Shown here: piece by piece, positions 17,141-26,453 of the stretch
Layout: the number at the start of each line of letters is the position of its first letter
Numbering within the stretch: position 1 is the stretch's first letter
NCBI GenBank assembly: GCA_964497095.1
Contig: CAZCCL010000002.1
Coordinates: 10,492 to 62,277, forward strand
DNA: 51,786 nucleotides
Reading direction: 5' to 3'
Origin: an uncultured Gaiellales bacterium
GTDB taxonomy: Bacteria; Actinomycetota; Thermoleophilia; RBG-16-64-13
Notes under the pieces: model-generated
Databases searched by the model: none
What the model saw: only the letters and a program-made list of their open reading frames with translations
Told to the model about the DNA's origin: nothing
Translations under genes and position numbers: made by a program

Positions 17141-18622
17141 ATGCGGCGTGTGCACGGGGGCCGGGTCGCGGCCCCGATTCTCTTGGCAGTCCTCGTGGTG
17201 GTGGTCACCGCGCTTATGGCCCTGTCCGGCCTTGGGTGCGGTGATCCTCCGGCCGGCGCGCCGGGCATTGGCGACCCTTACTTCCCTTCCGCCGGCAACG
17301 GCGGCTACGACGCGCTCAAGTACGAGATCGTCCTGTCTATCGACCCCCGGTCGAACGGTCTGCGCGGGAGTACGACGGTGGACGCGGAGGCCGTCCAAGA
17401 CCTCGACTCCTTCAATCTGGATTTCTTGGGACTGGAGGTCGAGAGCGTGTTCGTGGACGGCGTTCCCGCTGATTTCGAGCGAGAGGGGCAAGAACTCACC
17501 GTCCTGTGCCCCGAGCAACTTGAGACCGGCAAGAGGTTTGCCGTCCAGGTCTCCTACTCGGGAATCCCCGTCTCCCTGGAAGACTCCGGATCGTTCTCGG
17601 TGGGCTGGCAACACACGGGAGGCACCATCTACACGCTGGACGAGCCCCAGGGCGCGGCCACCTGGTTCCCGGTGAACGATCACCCTTCAGACAAGGCGGC
17701 GTATGGGTTCCGTCTGACTGTGCCTCGACCCTACGTGGCGGCGGCGAACGGGGTGTTGGTCGGGACTGAGGCCGGGGAAAGGGACCAGACGTTCGTCTGG
17801 GAGATGGAAGAGCCGATGGCCAGTTACCTGGCCACGGTCGCCGTCGGAGAATACGAGCTGGAGGAGAGCACTGCTCCCAACGGGGTGGCCATCCGCAACT
17901 ACTTCGCCCCCGCGGTGGCCGAGGAGGCGGGCAAAGCGTTCGCGCGCACCGGGGAGATACTGGCTTTTTACGCTGATCTGTTCGGTCCCTATCCGTTCGA
18001 CGTCTACGGCGTCGTGGTCCCGGATGTCGACACCGGGGCGGCCATGGAGAACCAGACCCTTTCCCTGTTCGGGCGGGACGTGCTCTCGAAGAGATTGTCC
18101 GACCCCGTCGTCGGTGACATCTATGTCTCCCACGAGTTGGCTCACCAGTGGTTCGGTAACAGCGTCACCATCACCCGCTGGAAGGACATCTGGCTGAACG
18201 AGGGTTTTGCCACCTATGCGAATTGGCTGTGGCTGGAGCACGACCGAGGACGCGAGGCTCTTGACCAACAGGTGAGACAAAGTCTGGGGATGCTTCTCAG
18301 CGACGGCCGGCCGCCGCCCGGGGATCCCGGACCCGACGACCTCTTCAGCGTGAGCGTCTATCGGCGCGGGGCTCTGACCCTGCACGCGCTGCGGCAGACG
18401 GTGGGCGACGAGATCTTCTTCCGCATCCTGCGTGAGTGGGGCACGCGGTACCGGTATGGGAACGTTTGGACGGAGGATCTCATCGCTTTGGCCGAGGAGG
18501 AAGCGCAAGGTTCGGTGGAAGTCGATCTGGCCGGTCTTTTCGAGACTTGGCTCTATAGCGAGGAGCTTCCGGAGATGCCCGTGCGAATGGAGGACCCGGT
18601 ATCCGCGGAGGCGGCACGTTGA
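17141..18622 (+). CDS. M1-family zinc aminopeptidase, lipoprotein
   Basis: Lipobox-like GLG-C, GDPYFP..GNGGYD, WFPVNDHPSDKA, GAAMEN, HELAHQWFGN...WLNEGFA, VYRRGA. Confidence 0.93.
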   Translation: MRRVHGGRVAAPILLAVLVVVVTALMALSGLGCGDPPAGAPGIGDPYFPSAGNGGYDALKYEIVLSIDPRSNGLRGSTTVDAEAVQDLDSFNLDFLGLEVESVFVDGVPADFEREGQELTVLCPEQLETGKRFAVQVSYSGIPVSLEDSGSFSVGWQHTGGTIYTLDEPQGAATWFPVNDHPSDKAAYGFRLTVPRPYVAAANGVLVGTEAGERDQTFVWEMEEPMASYLATVAVGEYELEESTAPNGVAIRNYFAPAVAEEAGKAFARTGEILAFYADLFGPYPFDVYGVVVPDVDTGAAMENQTLSLFGRDVLSKRLSDPVVGDIYVSHELAHQWFGNSVTITRWKDIWLNEGFATYANWLWLEHDRGREALDQQVRQSLGMLLSDGRPPPGDPGPDDLFSVSVYRRGALTLHALRQTVGDEIFFRILREWGTRYRYGNVWTEDLIALAEEEAQGSVEVDLAGLFETWLYSEELPEMPVRMEDPVSAEAAR

Positions 18623-19362
18623 GTCGGCACGACTCGGACAGGGGCCCTGTCTGGGCCCGGTTCGACTGGACCCCGGAACGGTACGAAGACCTTATACGCC
18701 GGGTGGTCCCCGACTACGGCGAGCAGGAGCCTCTGATCGCCGGATTGCTGCGAGAGGCCATGCCGCCCGAGGGTGCAGGCCCGTTCCGCGTACTGGAGCT
18801 CGGGGCCGGGACGGGGACGCTGTCACGCTTTCTGCTGGAGACCTTCCCCGGAGCCGAACTGACTGCCTTGGACGTGTCGCCGGTCATGCTGGACGCCTGC
18901 GCGGACCTTCTCGCCCCCTTCGCGGACCGGGTGCATCTCCGACACGTGGACTTCGGCACGGCGGAGCTCGGCGCGGCGGAGCTCGGCACGGCGGAGCTCG
19001 GCTTCGGATATCACGCGGCGGTGTCGCGGCTGGCGATCCATCACCTGGAAGACAAGGACAAACGGGGGCTCTTCGGCAGGCTGGCCAAGGCACTGCTGCC
19101 CGGGGGAGTCCTCGCGATGAGCGACCTGGTCACCGGCTCGACCGAAGAGGAGACCGAGATCATGCTGGCGGAGTGGCGGAGATACATGCTGGCCCAGGGC
19201 GAAGACCCTGCCGAGTGGGAGCGGTGGCTCGTGGGTGAGGACGACCTCCCATCTCCCGCTCAGACCCAGGTGGAGTGGCTGCTCGAGGCCGGATTCGCCG
19301 GCGCGAGTGTCGTCTGGCAACGGGCGCAATTCGCCGTAATCCGCGCGGCCAAAGCCGCGTGA
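18619..19362 (+). CDS. Class I SAM-dependent methyltransferase
   Basis: VLELGAGTG, LDVSPVML, AIHHL and LLPGG motifs; TTGA overlap with the peptidase gene. Confidence 0.88.
   Translation: MSRHDSDRGPVWARFDWTPERYEDLIRRVVPDYGEQEPLIAGLLREAMPPEGAGPFRVLELGAGTGTLSRFLLETFPGAELTALDVSPVMLDACADLLAPFADRVHLRHVDFGTAELGAAELGTAELGFGYHAAVSRLAIHHLEDKDKRGLFGRLAKALLPGGVLAMSDLVTGSTEEETEIMLAEWRRYMLAQGEDPAEWERWLVGEDDLPSPAQTQVEWLLEAGFAGASVVWQRAQFAVIRAAKAA
18953..19002 (+). repeat. 15-bp in-frame tandem repeat (x3.3) inside the methyltransferase
   Basis: TCGGC(A/G)CGGCGGAGC three times, encoding GTAEL-GAAEL-GTAEL. Confidence 0.9.
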
Positions 19363-19499
19363 GATCGGGGCCGCGCGGCCCGAGCCCGGCGTGGTCGGGC
19401 ACGCCGTCACGTCTGGCCTCCGCCGCACCGGCGGTGTTAGGATTGGTACCTGATCCCCCCACCACCGACCAGGCGCTCAAGCGCACGGAGGACCGAAGT

Positions 19500-20294
19500 A
19501 TGCGTTTCATCGATGCCCACCTGCACACCGACATGATCGAAGACAAGCAGCTGCAGAAGCTGGTCATGATGGGCATGGAGGCGGCCATCGTCCCCAGCCC
19601 TCACATGTACCTGGGAAGCAAGGACGCGGACAGCGTCCTCCTCATGTGGGAGCGCTTCCTGGGCATGGAGACGACCACGGCCAAGACCCTGGGCTTCGAG
19701 CTCTTCACCTCACTCTCGGTGCCGTTTTTCGGAGTGAACCACGCCGACGCCGAGAAGTGTCTGGAGAGACTTCCCGACTTCCTCAAGGCCGAGCGGGCGG
19801 TGGCTCTGGGCGAGATAGGTCTGGACACCGGGACCGACTTCGAGCGGGAACTCTTCCGGGAGCACCTGAGGATCGCCAAAGCTCACGACCTGCCCGTCAT
19901 CCTCCATACCCCCATCCGCCTGGCTCCTCAAGGGGAGGCGGTGCTGCCGCAAGTACTCGAGATCATCGAAGAAGAGGGTTTCTCCCCGGAGAAGTGCGTA
20001 TTCGACCATGCCGGGGAAGCCACTCTCGACTGGCGCATGAAGACCGGCGGCATGGTAGGGCTCTCCGTGTGCTGGGACAAGATGCCCCCGGAACCGGCCG
20101 CCCAGTACGTCATCGACCACCCGGATCTGCGCGACCGCATCATCATCAACTCGGAACTGGGCGGTGAAGGCAACGACTACTTCATGGTCCCCCGGGTGAT
20201 CTTGGCCATGAAGCTCTTCGGACTCGACAAAGCCAGCATCGACAAGGTCTGCTACCAGAATCCCAAAGACTTCTTCGGGCTGCCGGTGGACTGA
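19500..20294 (+). CDS. TatD-related TIM-barrel metal-dependent hydrolase
   Basis: IDAHLH, GEIGLD, ILHTP, FDH, NSE and NP..FF motifs; start re-called at MRFID. Confidence 0.85.
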   Translation: MRFIDAHLHTDMIEDKQLQKLVMMGMEAAIVPSPHMYLGSKDADSVLLMWERFLGMETTTAKTLGFELFTSLSVPFFGVNHADAEKCLERLPDFLKAERAVALGEIGLDTGTDFERELFREHLRIAKAHDLPVILHTPIRLAPQGEAVLPQVLEIIEEEGFSPEKCVFDHAGEATLDWRMKTGGMVGLSVCWDKMPPEPAAQYVIDHPDLRDRIIINSELGGEGNDYFMVPRVILAMKLFGLDKASIDKVCYQNPKDFFGLPVD

Positions 20295-20336
20295 GGGCCG
20301 GTCCGGGCGTGACGGCGGCTCTACCCGGTAGGCGGT

Positions 20337-21137
20337 CTAGCCCGGCAGGATCGATCCGCACGAATTGCAGAATCGGGCGTCCTGCGTGTTGAGGGCCCCG
20401 CAATCGGCGCACCGTCGTGACGCTGCCGCCGGGGGGGCACCCGCTGCCGCCGGGGGGGCAGGCCGGGTATCTGCGTGCAGAGGGGGGCGGGCGACCGGCT
20501 CATCCGTGATGGGCGCGGGTTCCGTGGGACGCATCTCGGCCGCCGTGGGCTCCATAGGCGTGGGGACTGCTGGGGCCGGCGATACCGGAGAAGGCGCGGC
20601 TGCCTGCGCGCGCGGATGCATGGATTCCGCGGAAACGCTACCCGCGGCGACCGGGCTCGTCTGGACGGGAGCCGGCGGGACCACGCTCCTCCGCGCGGGA
20701 GTCGCGGAGGCCGGTGCCCCTGCCTGGGCGGCGGTTTCGCCCACCAGGAGGACCACCAACCCGTAGAGCGCCGCGACCGTGGGGATGAGCGCGATCACCG
20801 AGACCCAGCTGTGGAACACGGCCGCGGCCGCCACTTGGAACACGACCACGATTGCCAGCAACCAGATGATCGGCCCTTCACGGAACATCTTCCAGGAGGC
20901 GGCAAGCGAGATCAGCGCTGCAATAAAGGCGAATGAGTACTCGATAGCCGAGCCGGTGGTGGCCGAGGCGAAGCTGCTCCCCAGGCCCCCCAGACTGTTG
21001 GTGACCGCGGTGATGAGACCAAGCGCCCCCAGCACCCCTAAGAGCAGGAAGGCCATCCCCCCGACGGCGATCAGGTTCCCCAAGAGGGTGATGTAGAGGT
21101 AAAGGGGCCGCTCCGGGCCTGTAGACGGATCTTTCAT
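20337..21137 (-). CDS. Membrane protein with Pro/Ala-rich linker and C-terminal zinc ribbon
   Basis: About 4 TM, then a Pro/Ala linker and CADC...CNSCG; start re-called at MKDP. Confidence 0.75.
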   Translation of the reverse strand: MKDPSTGPERPLYLYITLLGNLIAVGGMAFLLLGVLGALGLITAVTNSLGGLGSSFASATTGSAIEYSFAFIAALISLAASWKMFREGPIIWLLAIVVVFQVAAAAVFHSWVSVIALIPTVAALYGLVVLLVGETAAQAGAPASATPARRSVVPPAPVQTSPVAAGSVSAESMHPRAQAAAPSPVSPAPAVPTPMEPTAAEMRPTEPAPITDEPVARPPLHADTRPAPPAAAGAPPAAASRRCADCGALNTQDARFCNSCGSILPG

Positions 21138-21290
21138 GGGCCCCTGCCGCTTCGGCCTTTGTATCGTCACGACAAAACCCATCTTAGCACCGGCCCCCAG
21201 CCGCGCAACGCCTCCGTCGCAGATTCGACGGTTTGCAAAAGCCGCCGAGGAAGATAAGAATAGAGCCAACCAAAATCCGGGGGTGGGCAA

Positions 21291-24116
21291 GTGTTCGGTC
21301 GGCTCTCTTTCGAAGGTCGGGACGGTGTCCAGGAACGTCAGCTCGACCAGCCGGTCATAAGCCTGGGGCGCGCTCCCGAGAACGACGTTTGTCTCGATCA
21401 CGCCACAGTCTCCCGCTTCCACGCTCGTATCCTCTCCGATACCCAAGGGAGCACCGTCATCGATTTGGGCAGCGGGAACGGCACGCGGGTGGATGGGGTG
21501 GAGCTTGAGGTCAAGGTCGAGAACCGACTAGCCAATGGCTCTGTCATCCAGATCGGGCCCTTCTCCATCCGTTACCACCGGGAGTCGGTGGCGCCCACCG
21601 TCGCCGCCGCCGTTCCGCCGCGCATCCTGCCGGAGCCCGTGGGCAAACTGGGCCAGACCGTCGTCATGGCTCCTCCCACTCCGGCCCGGTTGATCGTCAC
21701 TACTCCTCAGGGAGTCGGCGAATTCCGCTTGACCGGCGAATCGATGGCTCTGGGACGGGACCCGACGAACGACATCACGATCGATTCCGACGCCGTCTCC
21801 CGCCGCCATGCCCGCCTCGATAGGCGCGATTCAGGCTGGGAGATCACCGATCTGGGCAGCACGAACGGTCTTCGGTCTCAGGGCAGACCGGTCCAGAACA
21901 TGCCGCTGACGGACGGGGACGTGATCTACATCGGTCGCTCTGTCTGTCTGGAGTATCGCAGTCCGGAGCCTGCGGGCGCCGCGGCCCCGGCGGGCGCGGC
22001 GCCGCGCGCGGACACCTTCGATCTGCCCTCCAAGGGGGCGCTCGTCCTTGGTCGGAGCGAGAACGCCGACGTCACCATCTTCCATCCCCAGGTCTCCCGG
22101 GCGCACGCCCAGATCGTCCGGCGCGGCTCCGACCTCTACCTGGAGGACTTGGGCGGCGGCGCCGGCACCTACCTCAACGGCCAGATGGTCAAGGAGCATC
22201 TGCTGGGAGAGGGGGACGTGGTTCGCATAGGTTCCAGCCGCATGGTGCTGGAGCACGGACGCCTCAGGGTGGTCGACGAGGAGGGCAACCTGCGCATGGA
22301 CGCCTTCCATCTGAACCGGATAGTGGGCAAGGGACTGCGCATCTTGCAGGACGTCTCCCTCTCGATCTACCCGCAGGAGTTCGTGGCCATCGTGGGAGCC
22401 AGCGGGTCGGGGAAATCGACCCTGCTCAATGCCCTCTGCGGCTTTCGGCCGGCCAACACGGGGACGGTTCTGCTGAACGGGACCGACCTCTACCGGAACT
22501 TCAGCGCATACCGCAACGATCTGGGGTACGTGCCCCAGGACGACATCATCCACCGGGAACTCCCGGTCTTGCGTGCCCTCGATTATGCCGCCCAACTGCG
22601 GATGTCGGGTGACACGTCCTCTCAGGAGCGTCGGCAACGGGTGCAGGAGGTGCTCGAGGACCTCGACCTGCGCATGTGCGCCGACCGGGCGGTGCGCCAG
22701 CTGAGCGGCGGTCAGCGCAAGAGGGTGTCCATGGGAGTGGAGCTGCTCACCAAGCCCAGCCTGTTCTTCCTGGACGAGGCCACCTCCGGTCTCGATCCAG
22801 GCACCGAGTCGCAGATGATGAAGCTGCTTCGCCGGCTTGCCGACCAGGGCCGCACGGTAGCCCTCGTGACGCACGCCACCAAGAATGTGATGACCTGTGA
22901 CAAGGTCATCTTCATGGCCCGGGGCGGCCACTTGGCCTACTACGGTCCGCCGGAGGACGCCCTCCACTACTTCGGGGTGGACGACTTCGATGAGATATAC
23001 ACGCGGCTGGAGCAGGAGGAGCCGAAGGAGTGGGAAGGCCGTTTCCGGAGCTCAACAGCGTACCGCGAGAACGTGGAATCACGCCTCGCCGAGATGGGTC
23101 CGGCGTTCGCCCAGCAGGTAGGGTGGGCCGGCGCCGGGATGGCCATAGGGAGCGACGGGGCGTATGCCCCCACGTCCCCTGCTGGGTACGGACCCAGCCG
23201 GCTACCGCAGCGCGCCTCCAATCCACCCCGCCGGGTCTCGAACTGGAAGCAGTTCGTGGTGCTCTCCAAGCGCTATATGGACACCATATGGCGCGACAAG
23301 AAGACGGCGGCCCTGCTCTTCGCCATCGCCCCCTTCCTGGGAGTGCTGAACTTCGTCATCTGGAAGCGTGACGTCTTCGATCTCGAGACGGGTAGCGCGA
23401 CCCAGGCCGTCACCATGCTTTTCATGACCTCGATCATCACCATCCTGGTGGGTACCATCACCTCGGTCCGGGAGATAGTCAAGGAAGACGCCGTCTACCG
23501 ACGAGAGCGCATGGTAGGACTACGAGTCATGCCCTATGTGGGTTCGAAGGTGGCTATCGGGCTGATCTTCGCGGTCTGGAGCGCCGTCATGCTCTTCGCG
23601 TTCCTCATCGCCGCGGTCGATTTCTCCCACCTGAGCTTCGCGTCGACCATGCAGCTTTTGGTGCCCTTGGTGCTCGGCACGTTCGCCGGCGTGATGTGGG
23701 GCCTACTGGTCTCGGCAGTGGCGCCCAGCGAAGACCGGGCCATGTTGCTCGTGATACTGGTGCTGGTGCCGCAGTTCGTGTTCTCGGGAGGGATGATCCC
23801 CGTGTCGGATCTGGGGACGGCTGGGAAGATCATGGGGTGGATCACCTCCACCCGTTGGGAATTGGGAGCACTCGTCACTTCGGCTCAGGTCAAGAGCGGT
23901 CCCGGACAGGCGGCCGACCTTTCCGACGTCTACCTCCCCGGGATTCAGAGCCTAAACACACCAGGGGAGAAGCAGGCCTTGATCAACTCCCTGAACGACC
24001 AGTACGGCGATATCTTCAACGTGAATCTGGCCCTCTATTGGGGCATGTCCGCCGTCCTGGCGGCGGTGTTGCTCGCGATCATCATCGCGCTGCAGAAGCG
24101 TAAAGACACCCTGTGA
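21291..24116 (+). CDS. FHA-domain ABC transporter (3x FHA + ATPase + ABC-2 permease; Rv1747-like)
   Basis: Three GR...S+xH...(S/G)xNG-type FHA repeats; GASGSGKST, LSGGQRKR and FLDEATSGLD motifs; C-terminal TM permease. Confidence 0.93.
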   Translation: MFGRLSFEGRDGVQERQLDQPVISLGRAPENDVCLDHATVSRFHARILSDTQGSTVIDLGSGNGTRVDGVELEVKVENRLANGSVIQIGPFSIRYHRESVAPTVAAAVPPRILPEPVGKLGQTVVMAPPTPARLIVTTPQGVGEFRLTGESMALGRDPTNDITIDSDAVSRRHARLDRRDSGWEITDLGSTNGLRSQGRPVQNMPLTDGDVIYIGRSVCLEYRSPEPAGAAAPAGAAPRADTFDLPSKGALVLGRSENADVTIFHPQVSRAHAQIVRRGSDLYLEDLGGGAGTYLNGQMVKEHLLGEGDVVRIGSSRMVLEHGRLRVVDEEGNLRMDAFHLNRIVGKGLRILQDVSLSIYPQEFVAIVGASGSGKSTLLNALCGFRPANTGTVLLNGTDLYRNFSAYRNDLGYVPQDDIIHRELPVLRALDYAAQLRMSGDTSSQERRQRVQEVLEDLDLRMCADRAVRQLSGGQRKRVSMGVELLTKPSLFFLDEATSGLDPGTESQMMKLLRRLADQGRTVALVTHATKNVMTCDKVIFMARGGHLAYYGPPEDALHYFGVDDFDEIYTRLEQEEPKEWEGRFRSSTAYRENVESRLAEMGPAFAQQVGWAGAGMAIGSDGAYAPTSPAGYGPSRLPQRASNPPRRVSNWKQFVVLSKRYMDTIWRDKKTAALLFAIAPFLGVLNFVIWKRDVFDLETGSATQAVTMLFMTSIITILVGTITSVREIVKEDAVYRRERMVGLRVMPYVGSKVAIGLIFAVWSAVMLFAFLIAAVDFSHLSFASTMQLLVPLVLGTFAGVMWGLLVSAVAPSEDRAMLLVILVLVPQFVFSGGMIPVSDLGTAGKIMGWITSTRWELGALVTSAQVKSGPGQAADLSDVYLPGIQSLNTPGEKQALINSLNDQYGDIFNVNLALYWGMSAVLAAVLLAIIIALQKRKDTL

Positions 24117-24146
24117 CGGGTCATTCATGATGGACGAGCTCCGACG

Positions 24147-26453
24147 ATGGAAGACCTAGTAGGCAGCACTCTGGGCCGATACCAGGTGTCCGCGCTGGTG
24201 GGGCGGGGCGGCATGGCCGCCGTATACCGGGCGCTCGACCCGATCCTCAACCGGGCTGTAGCCGTCAAGGTCATGCATAGCCATTTGGCCGCCGACCCTA
24301 ACTTCGTCAGCCGCTTCCGGCACGAGGCTCAGGCGGTGGCTGCTCTCCGACACCCCAACATCGTCAAGGTGTTCGATTTCGGCAACGAGGGCGATTCCTA
24401 CTACATGGTCATGGAGTTCATCGACGGTCCCACCCTGGCGTCCCTCATGATGGCCGGGGCGACCGCCGGCGGCGCGAAAGCTCCGCTGCCTTCCGGCGAG
24501 GCTCCGGGCGGTCTCTCCACGGGCGAGATCCTGCGTCTGTTCCCGCCCCTGTGCTCGGCCATCGACTACGCCACCGCCCACGGCATGGTGCACCGTGACA
24601 TCAAACCGGCCAACATCCTGCTCACCTCGGAGGGGGAGCCCATCCTCACCGACTACGGCATCGCCAAGATCATGGGGGCCACGTCCTACACCGCCTCCGG
24701 GATGGTCCTGGGTTCGGCCCACTACATGTCGCCCGAGCAGGTACAGGGCTTCGCCGTCGACCACCGCTCGGACATCTACTCGTTGGGCGTGGTCCTCTTC
24801 GAGGCCTTGGCCGGCCGGGTCCCCTACGACGCCGATACCACTGCGTCCATCCTGGCCCAACATCTCTCCGCTCCCGTGCCCCCCGCCCGCTCCCTCAACC
24901 CCCAGTTGCCCGCAGAGATCCAAGCGGTGCTGGAGCGGGCGTTGGCCAAAGAGCCGGAGCGGCGCTACCAGCGGGCCGAGGACTTGGCTGCAGCCCTCCA
25001 GACCGCTCTCTCTCCTCCGCCGGTGACCGTCTACGAGACCGTCCCCGGTGCCGCCCCCGCTCCTGCCCTGGCCCCTACCGTGGTGGAGGCTCCCGGCATA
25101 GAGTTGGGGCAAAGCCCGGAGCCGGCCGCTACGGAAGCAGCGGGCGCGGCTCCTACCCGCGTGGAGCGGGTGGCGCCTACCCCAGATCTCGGGGCGCAGG
25201 CCGCTGGTGTGCAGGCCGTCGGGGCGCCGGCTCTCTGGGTGCACCCCAGTCCCGAGGCTCGCCCGGGGAAGAAGCGGTGGCGGTGGCTGCTGGCGGCAGG
25301 GGTGGTGGTGGTGGCGATCGTCGTGGTGGTCGCGGTGCTGGTCACCCGAGCGGACGAGCAGACCACGGAGTCCACCGTCACGACCACAGACGGAGGGCCG
25401 GTCTCGACGTCCACCGCCGGGTCCGGAGACGATTCGACGATCACGACGCTACCGGCGGAAGTGGCTCAAGTGATCGAGGAGGGTGTCGTCCTGGTCGAGA
25501 GCGGGGAGCTCGACGCAGGTATCGCTAAGTACGAGGAGGTGCTGCGCGAGCACCCGGACAGCGACTTGGGCCGCACCCGGTTGGGCATCGCCTACTACCT
25601 CCACGGGGACTACTCCCCCGAGATGACCGAACAACAGCTCAAGCTGGCCACCGAGAAGAACCCGGAGAACGCCGAAGCCTGGGCCTTCCTGGGCCTGGCT
25701 CGGCTGAGCGCAGCCTACAGTCGGAAGACCGGGGATTTCGCTTCAGCAGAAGAAGCCTGCCGTCAAGCCATAGAGCTGGATCCGCAAAGCGGTCTGGGCC
25801 ACGCCTTCCTAGGGCGGGTACTGGCCGCATCGGGTCGGCAGGAAGAAGCTTTGACGGAGATGCAGACTGCTCTGGACCTTGCCCCGCAGGGTCCCTGGGT
25901 GCAGGAGTCTGCCGGTTGGATCAACGCCGTGCACGACGACTGGGAGGCCGCCGTCCCGCATTACGATCTCGCGGCCACCTACAGACCCAACTGGGCCAGC
26001 TTCCTCAGTCTGCTCGGAGAGGCTCTGCGGGAGACCGGGCAGTACGATCAGGCCCTCGAATACTACGAGAAGGAGCTTCAGCTGGGCCAGGGGTACGAGG
26101 CCTCGGCCTATCAGGACATCGGGCTGACGCTGTGGGACAAGGGGGACTCCCCCGGGGCGATCGACAACCTCAAGAAATCGCTGACCCTCGACGAGAACGA
26201 CGACTACACGCACTGGGCCCTCGGAGCCATCTGGGACGAGCAGGAAGACTACGAGGCGGCTCTACCCCATCTCCAGCGCGCGGTAGCCCTGGTGCCGAAC
26301 AACGCGGGCTACCAGGAATGGCTGGGGGATTGCCTCTACTACCTGGGGCGCTATGAGGAGGCCAGGGTGGCCATCGACAAGTCCTTGGAACTCGACCCAG
26401 ACCGGGAGGGGGCGCAGCGGCTGTCGGGATACCTGGAAGAAGCGGGCTACTAG
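24147..26453 (+). CDS. Hanks-type Ser/Thr protein kinase with single TM and extracellular TPR domain
   Basis: GRGGMA, VAVK, HRDIKPANIL, DYG, YMSPEQ and DIYSLG motifs; TM (WRWLLAAGVVVV...); multiple TPR units. Confidence 0.94.
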   Translation: MEDLVGSTLGRYQVSALVGRGGMAAVYRALDPILNRAVAVKVMHSHLAADPNFVSRFRHEAQAVAALRHPNIVKVFDFGNEGDSYYMVMEFIDGPTLASLMMAGATAGGAKAPLPSGEAPGGLSTGEILRLFPPLCSAIDYATAHGMVHRDIKPANILLTSEGEPILTDYGIAKIMGATSYTASGMVLGSAHYMSPEQVQGFAVDHRSDIYSLGVVLFEALAGRVPYDADTTASILAQHLSAPVPPARSLNPQLPAEIQAVLERALAKEPERRYQRAEDLAAALQTALSPPPVTVYETVPGAAPAPALAPTVVEAPGIELGQSPEPAATEAAGAAPTRVERVAPTPDLGAQAAGVQAVGAPALWVHPSPEARPGKKRWRWLLAAGVVVVAIVVVVAVLVTRADEQTTESTVTTTDGGPVSTSTAGSGDDSTITTLPAEVAQVIEEGVVLVESGELDAGIAKYEEVLREHPDSDLGRTRLGIAYYLHGDYSPEMTEQQLKLATEKNPENAEAWAFLGLARLSAAYSRKTGDFASAEEACRQAIELDPQSGLGHAFLGRVLAASGRQEEALTEMQTALDLAPQGPWVQESAGWINAVHDDWEAAVPHYDLAATYRPNWASFLSLLGEALRETGQYDQALEYYEKELQLGQGYEASAYQDIGLTLWDKGDSPGAIDNLKKSLTLDENDDYTHWALGAIWDEQEDYEAALPHLQRAVALVPNNAGYQEWLGDCLYYLGRYEEARVAIDKSLELDPDREGAQRLSGYLEEAGY

